Shown: positions 47,030-51,787 of the stretch, one piece after another
Layout of the letters: every line of letters starts with the position of its first letter
How positions within the stretch are numbered: the first letter of the stretch is position 1
DNA from: Saprospiraceae bacterium
Lineage (GTDB): Bacteria > Bacteroidota > Bacteroidia > Chitinophagales > Saprospiraceae
Reading direction: 5' to 3'
Length of the DNA: 51,787 bases
Assembly (NCBI GenBank): GCA_041628815.1
Contig: JBFKOL010000001.1
Span: 1 to 51,787 of the forward strand
Notes under the pieces: generated by a model
Database searches by the model: none
Seen by the model: only the letters and a program-made list of their open reading frames with translations
Told to the model about the DNA's origin: nothing
Program-made: the position numbers and the translations under genes

Positions 47030-48234
47030 AGCCCTCCACAGGAATGGATAAGATCATCGAAATGACCGCTCTGAACGAACTGATTGCAGCCCCTGCAGGT
47101 CTGGTTATGTTGTTGATTGGTGCAGTGTTGCTATATCTCGGTATTTACAAAAGATACGAACCATTGCTCCTTGTACCCATCGGATTTGGCATAGTACTGG
47201 CCAATATACCAGGTGGCCAGATGGGTGTGATTACCGACAATGGCGATCTTTCTTCGATGCCCTTGACAGCCATAGCTGCCGATTACGGGATCATGAACAT
47301 GCTCTACTATGCTCTTATTAAAACGGGTTTGCTGCCACCACTGATATTTATGGGTGTCGGTGCGATGACAGACTTTGGCCCCATGTTGCGCAACCTTAGG
47401 TTGGCATTTTTCGGTGCTGCGGCACAATTGGGTATTTTCACGGTCTTGATTGGTGCGGTGTTCCTGGGATTTAGTACGAAAGAGGCTGGTGCTTTGGGTA
47501 TTATTGGCGGAGCAGATGGTCCTACGGCTATTTATACCTCGATCATTCTGGCACCACATCTTCTTGGACCCATCGCCATAGCGGCCTACTCATATATGGC
47601 TCTTGTCCCGGTGATCATACCGCTGATCGTGAAATTTTCAGTATCGGAAAAGGAACTGCGCATCCACATGAAAAAGCAGGAAACGGGAAAAAGAAGCAAT
47701 TATGACATAAAGGATATGAAAAGGACAAAGGTTATTTTTCCTATCGCCCTGACCATTGTAATCGCGTTATTGGTGCCAACAGCAACGCCTTTGGTGGGTA
47801 TGTTGTTATTTGGCAACCTGGTCAAGGAAATTGGTTCTGACACCAATCGCTTGTTCAAGGCTGCCTCGGAGACCATAATGAATACTTCCACGATATTTCT
47901 GGGTTTGACTGTTGGTGCGACAATGACGTCTTCCACATTTATGAACCAGGAAACACTTTTTATCATTGCAGGCGGGTTTCTCGCATTCTCCATTTCTGTT
48001 TTTGGGGGAATTCTTGCAGTCAAGATTTACAATCTTTGGTCTGACAGAAAGATCAATCCTTTAATCGGGGCAACCGGGTTGAGTGCCGTACCGATGGCTT
48101 CAAGAGTGGCCAATGAAATCGCCCTTCGCTATGACTCCACCAATCACATCCTTCAATATGCCATGTCGAGCAATATTTCCGGTGTCATAGGATCGGCTGT
48201 TGCAGCAGGAGTGTTGATTTCATATCTCGGCTGA
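47026..48234 (+). CDS. Na+-translocating decarboxylase beta subunit (OadB/GcdB/MmdB family)
   Basis: 402-aa polytopic ORF with EPLLLVPIGFGIVLANIPG, GAMTDFGPML, GIIGGADGPTAIY and the family-typical ending. Its start overlaps the alpha-subunit stop. Confidence 0.9.
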   Translation: MKPSTGMDKIIEMTALNELIAAPAGLVMLLIGAVLLYLGIYKRYEPLLLVPIGFGIVLANIPGGQMGVITDNGDLSSMPLTAIAADYGIMNMLYYALIKTGLLPPLIFMGVGAMTDFGPMLRNLRLAFFGAAAQLGIFTVLIGAVFLGFSTKEAGALGIIGGADGPTAIYTSIILAPHLLGPIAIAAYSYMALVPVIIPLIVKFSVSEKELRIHMKKQETGKRSNYDIKDMKRTKVIFPIALTIVIALLVPTATPLVGMLLFGNLVKEIGSDTNRLFKAASETIMNTSTIFLGLTVGATMTSSTFMNQETLFIIAGGFLAFSISVFGGILAVKIYNLWSDRKINPLIGATGLSAVPMASRVANEIALRYDSTNHILQYAMSSNISGVIGSAVAAGVLISYLG

Positions 48235-48280
48235 CAACCATCTAAAGAACTTCGTAACAGAATAATGCGTTATTAAAAGC

Positions 48281-49066
48281 ATGTCCCAACACCACTACAG
48301 TCTGGTATTTTCCGGTGGCGGAGCGAGGGGAGCATTTCAGATTGGAGTATGGAATGCCCTTAGAGCTATGCACATGGAGTCAAGGATTCGTCACGTTTTT
48401 GGCACTTCAGTTGGAGCCGTGAATGGAGCTGCATTTGTCCAGGGTGACTACGAACTGGCACGGGAAATATGGAAACATCTTGACTATGACAGGGTATTTG
48501 CAGATGCTAAACTGGCCAAATCCCGCAGGCGATCTAGAAAGTACTATTATGCGCTGGCAAGAGCCGTTTTGCGGGACAAGGGATTGAATGTCGAACCTCT
48601 CAAAGATCTCCTGAGAAGTGAAATAGACGAAACCAAAATTCGCGAATCACCCCTTCAATTTGGACTTGTCGTTTACGATGTTTCAATGCGATCACCCCGG
48701 TATCTAACCAAGGAAATGATACCTGAAGGGAAGCTTGTGGAATACATCATAGCCAGTGCGACTTTCCCTCTTTTCCAGCCCCACAAAATAGATGATCACG
48801 TTTACATCGACGGTGGCGTGTATGACAACAGACCGCTTGATTTTGTTACCAATGAAGAAGAAGTAGAGTTGGTCATTTGTGTGGATGTCACCATAGCCCG
48901 GCATTTCTGGCCAAGGAAGAGAATCGAACGCGATGTCCCCATTCACTACATCCGCCCTTCTACGCTTTTGGGGAGCCCACTGGCATTCAGAAAGGAAAGG
49001 ATCGAAAAAAATATGCGTTTGGGATTTAAGGACGGCATGGAGCAATTAAAAAATTTCGTTAGGTGA
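48281..49066 (+). CDS. patatin-like phospholipase
   Basis: 261-aa ORF with the oxyanion GGGARGAFQIGV, the nucleophile GTSVGAVNGA (GxSxG) and the catalytic Asp in YIDGGVYDN. Confidence 0.85.
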   Translation: MSQHHYSLVFSGGGARGAFQIGVWNALRAMHMESRIRHVFGTSVGAVNGAAFVQGDYELAREIWKHLDYDRVFADAKLAKSRRRSRKYYYALARAVLRDKGLNVEPLKDLLRSEIDETKIRESPLQFGLVVYDVSMRSPRYLTKEMIPEGKLVEYIIASATFPLFQPHKIDDHVYIDGGVYDNRPLDFVTNEEEVELVICVDVTIARHFWPRKRIERDVPIHYIRPSTLLGSPLAFRKERIEKNMRLGFKDGMEQLKNFVR

Positions 49067-49550
49067 TGTACCTGAAAAGGCCGGTTTCTGGCTCTCTTTC
49101 AGCCTGATTTGCCGGTATCACAAGCCCATTCATAGCGATATAAACCCCATCCTTGAGAATTTGTACTGCTCCAAGTGCCATACCGAAATTGATGTCTGCA
49201 TCGCTGTCTTTGAATGTTTCCGGAAGGAAAGCACCTGTCAACACTACGCACCGGGTGATTCTTTTTGAAAGCCATTTACCGGTGTCGATCAAGGTATCTG
49301 TTCCATGAGTAACGATAACATATCCTGCGCCACAATCCCTGATGCACTCTTCAAGTTTGATAAGATCTTTTTCGTCAATATACTGGCTGTCTTTTCTGCA
49401 TGCCACCATAAAATGGACAGTGCCGCTAAACCGCGACCTACTAATGATTTGCCGTGCTGCTGGTTCCCCCAATTCGAAGGCAAAGCCTCCCCGCGATCTA
49501 GGGTAGCCCTTATCTATTGTTCCTCCAGTTTGAATAATAAAGAGTTCCAT
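49059..49550 (-). CDS. short asparaginase-family (N-terminal domain only) protein
   Basis: 163-aa ORF with IIQTGGTIDK, VIVTHGTDTLIDTG and VVLTGAFLP..F..SDADINF blocks. Converges on the patatin gene with an 8-bp overlap. Confidence 0.7.
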   Translation of the reverse strand: MELFIIQTGGTIDKGYPRSRGGFAFELGEPAARQIISRSRFSGTVHFMVACRKDSQYIDEKDLIKLEECIRDCGAGYVIVTHGTDTLIDTGKWLSKRITRCVVLTGAFLPETFKDSDADINFGMALGAVQILKDGVYIAMNGLVIPANQAEREPETGLFRYIT

Positions 49551-49664
49551 GAATCATTTCCAATTGATATTCCCTGGTAATGAACCCGTTGTACAAGCGT
49601 ATTCCAGTTTATGAATAAGGCAAGTTAAAAATTAAGTGTAGAGATTAAGCGTTCTTTCGCAGTT

Positions 49665-49694
49665 CAAAAAAAATCTCCCGGGATTCCCTCCCGG
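49665..49694 (-). terminator. rho-independent terminator after the methyltransferase gene
   Basis: The minus strand reads CCGGGA-gggaa-TCCCGG followed by GAGATTTTTTTT, starting 8 nt after the stop at 49702. Confidence 0.55.
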
Positions 49695-49701
49695 CGGCTG
49701 A

Positions 49702-50244
49702 CTATTGCGCCTGTTCCATCCTGAGGATCTTAAAGTGTGTGGTGAAGGGGTCCCTGTACGCTCTTACACTTCCACCATACGGAGGTTGATCATCATTGAG
49801 GGGAACATCGAACAACAACCCCGTAATGCGGTAATTATAACCAATAAGTTCGGCCATTTTGTGCACGTATTTAATTCTCTGAGAAGGGTGTAAAGCACAA
49901 AAAAAAGTTTGTTCGACAATCAGATCGTATGAACCTCTGTGATTAAAAAAATTCTCGTAGAGCAGGTAGTTTTCCGGAAAGGATGGTACCCGTCTGTGGA
50001 AAGCCTCCAGTGGAGTACTGGCAAGGTCCAGGATGTATATGTTGGTAAAGCCCTTTTGATGCAGATATTCCGCTTCATGCGCGTATCCGCAGCCAGGAAT
50101 GAGAATTTTCAATTGCGGTTGACTGATTTGGTCAAAATATGCTTTCAACAGTTGAGATATGATCCCAAGATCTCAACCCGTCGATCCGGTATCGCACAAC
50201 ATTTTCCAGAAATCACGGGGATGCTCTATCTCGGTAGTCTTCAC
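49702..50244 (-). pseudogene. TPMT-family SAM-dependent methyltransferase interrupted by an in-frame TGA at a conserved Trp position
   Basis: The track ORF (49702-50148, TTG start) begins inside the fold (KILIPGCGYAHEAEYL). The same frame stays open upstream: V(GTG 50244)KTTEIEHPRDFWKMLCDTGSTG-TGA(50173-50175)-DLGIISQLLKAYFDQ. This matches the family N-terminus FW...(Y/W)....TxWD.G..sp.L with the stop where Trp is expected. Confidence 0.6.
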
Positions 50245-50987
50245 TTGGATCGAGGAATGCTGGGTCGTACCTCAATCTTGCTGGGTAGTACCCTGGGATT
50301 CATCATGAGCAAATCCAATACCAATTGTCCGATATCTTCTGGCTGGATTTTCCATTCATCACCTGGAGAGGGAACGTTATCATTGAAATAGGTGGCTACG
50401 GAGCCGGGCATTATGGTCGATACCTTGACACCGTATTTGCGAAGGTCAAGCATTACGGCTTGCGTAAATCCAACAAGTCCAAATTTGCTGGCGTTGTAGG
50501 CTGACCCCTGCGCAAAAAAATTGGTGCCGGCCAGGCTTGCTATCGTGATAAAATATCCTCGTGATTTCTTCAAAGCGTCAACGGATGCCTTTATCGTATT
50601 AAAAGCTCCAGTTAGATTGATGTCAATTACTTCATTCCACTGAAGACTTGTTAGCTCTTCAATGGACGCAAAATGTCCGACCCCGGCATTGGCGATAGAT
50701 ACATCGAGCGAACCCCAGGTATCGAGACACTTGCTTACTGCTATCCTCTGCTCGTTGAGTCCACGGACATCGGCCTGGACGCCAATACACGTTCCACCAT
50801 TTAAGGCGTTTAATTTTTTCGAAGCCTCTTCGGCTGCCCGGGAGGACCGGGAAGTTATAACTACATTCATCCCGGCAGTCAGGAGTTTCTCTGCTATTCC
50901 AAATCCGATGCCTTTTGAACCACCTGTAACTAGGGCGTTTTTTCCAATTAGTTGTGTCATAATCGTTTTAATTTTCTGGAAATCCAT
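50241..50987 (-). CDS. short-chain dehydrogenase/reductase (SDR)
   Basis: TGGSKGIGFGIA (cofactor motif), NAG, and the catalytic YNASK. The likely real start is Met10 (50960, MTQLIGKNALVTGG). Confidence 0.9.
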   Translation of the reverse strand: MDFQKIKTIMTQLIGKNALVTGGSKGIGFGIAEKLLTAGMNVVITSRSSRAAEEASKKLNALNGGTCIGVQADVRGLNEQRIAVSKCLDTWGSLDVSIANAGVGHFASIEELTSLQWNEVIDINLTGAFNTIKASVDALKKSRGYFITIASLAGTNFFAQGSAYNASKFGLVGFTQAVMLDLRKYGVKVSTIMPGSVATYFNDNVPSPGDEWKIQPEDIGQLVLDLLMMNPRVLPSKIEVRPSIPRSK

Positions 50988-51390
50988 TTTGAATCCAACA
51001 CTGGATAATTTCTAGTTGAATAGGGCTTAAATCATCTTGTTGAGACTCCGGGTACACACTTTTGTTAGGAGGCATACCTCGTGAGGGGTTATTCCTCTGG
51101 CTTAAGACCCTGTCCGTAAAATTACCGCTCAGCAATTCGGGCTCCAAACCTGCGAAGCTCGTATAATCTCCGGGGCCTATACCACCGGATCCGTCGTGGC
51201 ACCCGCTGTAAGCACAGGTTTGGTTTATGATGTCCTTGATATTGCCCTCATAGGTTGGAGTCATCGTTTCACAAGCCTCCGGGGGGATCAGTTCGTCCCT
51301 GCTGCAGGCGTAGAGGACTCCCGCAGCCAGCAATAAGATACCGAACCATTTTCCTTTTAAAATCATCGTCGGCAAATATATAAAGAGCAA
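50968..51390 (-). CDS. small lipoprotein with a planctomycete-cytochrome-c-like (PSCyt-type) domain
   Basis: Track start is TTG at 51390; ATG at 51366 gives MILKGKWFGILLLAAGVLYAC (lipobox-like). The rest reads ...QTCAYSGCHDGSG......LSQRNNPSRGMPPN....LSPIQLEIIQCWIQNG, resembling the CH...MPP...L..eei..i..WI..G layout. Confidence 0.5.
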   Translation of the reverse strand: MLFIYLPTMILKGKWFGILLLAAGVLYACSRDELIPPEACETMTPTYEGNIKDIINQTCAYSGCHDGSGGIGPGDYTSFAGLEPELLSGNFTDRVLSQRNNPSRGMPPNKSVYPESQQDDLSPIQLEIIQCWIQNGFPEN

Positions 51391-51393
51391 CGA

Positions 51394-51787
51394 TTAGATA
51401 CCCTCTTCACTTGATATGATTAACCGCCTGTAATCATCGGGATTGTCGATATCGAAGAAAAAGTTGAGCGTGTTCACATCCAAAGGATGGTAGGAGGCCC
51501 GGTTTTCACGGATAATACTCTTGCAACCATCGGGCTCATCATGAGCGAGGATTTCTTCGCGGTAGTGGATGTCAAACAGGACTGGATGTCCGACACTGTT
51601 CTTGAAGACGGGTCTGACTATAGGATGCGCGCAGGACTCCCTTGTCATGAAAAAATGGTCTATAAGCAAGTCATAGCTTTGAGAAGTGAGTAGAGGCATA
51701 TCGCCAAGACAAACCATAAAGCCGGCAGCGTGGTCGCCAAGCATACTCATTGATGCCTGGATACTGGAAGTCTGACCCCGGCGGTAA
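51394..51787 (-). CDS. MobA/MocA-like nucleotidyltransferase (molybdenum cofactor cytidylyl/guanylyl-transferase family), C-terminal part; gene continues beyond the right edge
   Basis: The frame is open upstream of the track Met to the window end (..YRRGQTSSIQASMSMLGDHAAGFMVCLGDMPLL...). The GDMP(L/F) block and tail are typical of the NTP_transf_3 family. Confidence 0.7.
   Translation of the reverse strand, partial: YRRGQTSSIQASMSMLGDHAAGFMVCLGDMPLLTSQSYDLLIDHFFMTRESCAHPIVRPVFKNSVGHPVLFDIHYREEILAHDEPDGCKSIIRENRASYHPLDVNTLNFFFDIDNPDDYRRLIISSEEGI

Noticed and set aside
48281-49550. Patatin-like phospholipase as the effector of a CBASS-like or other defence system
   Set aside because: There is no cyclase, sensor, ATPase or nuclease partner. 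The neighbours are a convergent asparaginase-family gene and the decarboxylase operon, so it looks like a standalone lipase.
50173-50175. TGA decoded as Trp through an alternative genetic code
   Set aside because: TGA terminates clearly complete genes in this window, including dnaE (13714-13716), the OadG-like gene (45195-45197) and the SDR gene (50241-50243). The standard bacterial code applies.

Overview
This 51.8-kb window looks like chromosomal DNA from a Bacteroidota bacterium. The evidence is T9SS type-A C-terminal sorting tails on two giant ORFs, an archaeal/eukaryote-type ProRS, many ATGA start/stop overlaps, and TGA used as a normal stop. About 40 protein genes, one tRNA-Leu(GAG) and several hairpins and tandem repeats are supportable. 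Housekeeping content: dnaE, proS, iscS-iscU-iscA, radC, bcp, a MeaB-like GTPase, an LMW protein-tyrosine phosphatase, thioredoxin-fold proteins, and a Na+-translocating biotin decarboxylase operon (gamma/alpha/beta). The left edge carries a co-directional operon of a FadL-like outer-membrane channel, a SulP anion permease, a fused FeS-NrfD subunit and a Tat-less molybdopterin oxidoreductase that runs off the window. The accessory part (about 16.0-33.5 kb) holds three giant secreted proteins of 1442, 1058 and 1475 aa that share modules in a mosaic pattern. Embedded next to proS is a two-gene cassette encoding a signal-peptide-bearing, charge-segregated low-complexity protein (acidic D/E/Y head, G/Y/F core, Ser/Thr/Arg tail), followed by a FadL-like beta-barrel. 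I consider this cassette the best candidate for an undescribed system; the second candidate is the cytoplasm-facing Mo-enzyme/SulP operon. Other points worth a second look are a tRNA-Leu 5' copy with its anticodon arm exactly replaced by a GC hairpin, a hexanucleotide microsatellite upstream of dnaE, an in-frame TGA at a conserved Trp position in a TPMT-like methyltransferase, a 22-residue Trp-anchored repeat protein, and a perfect 16-bp inverted repeat. No CRISPR array, integrase, transposase or recognisable defence system is visible. All functional calls come from motif recognition by eye; no database search was run.
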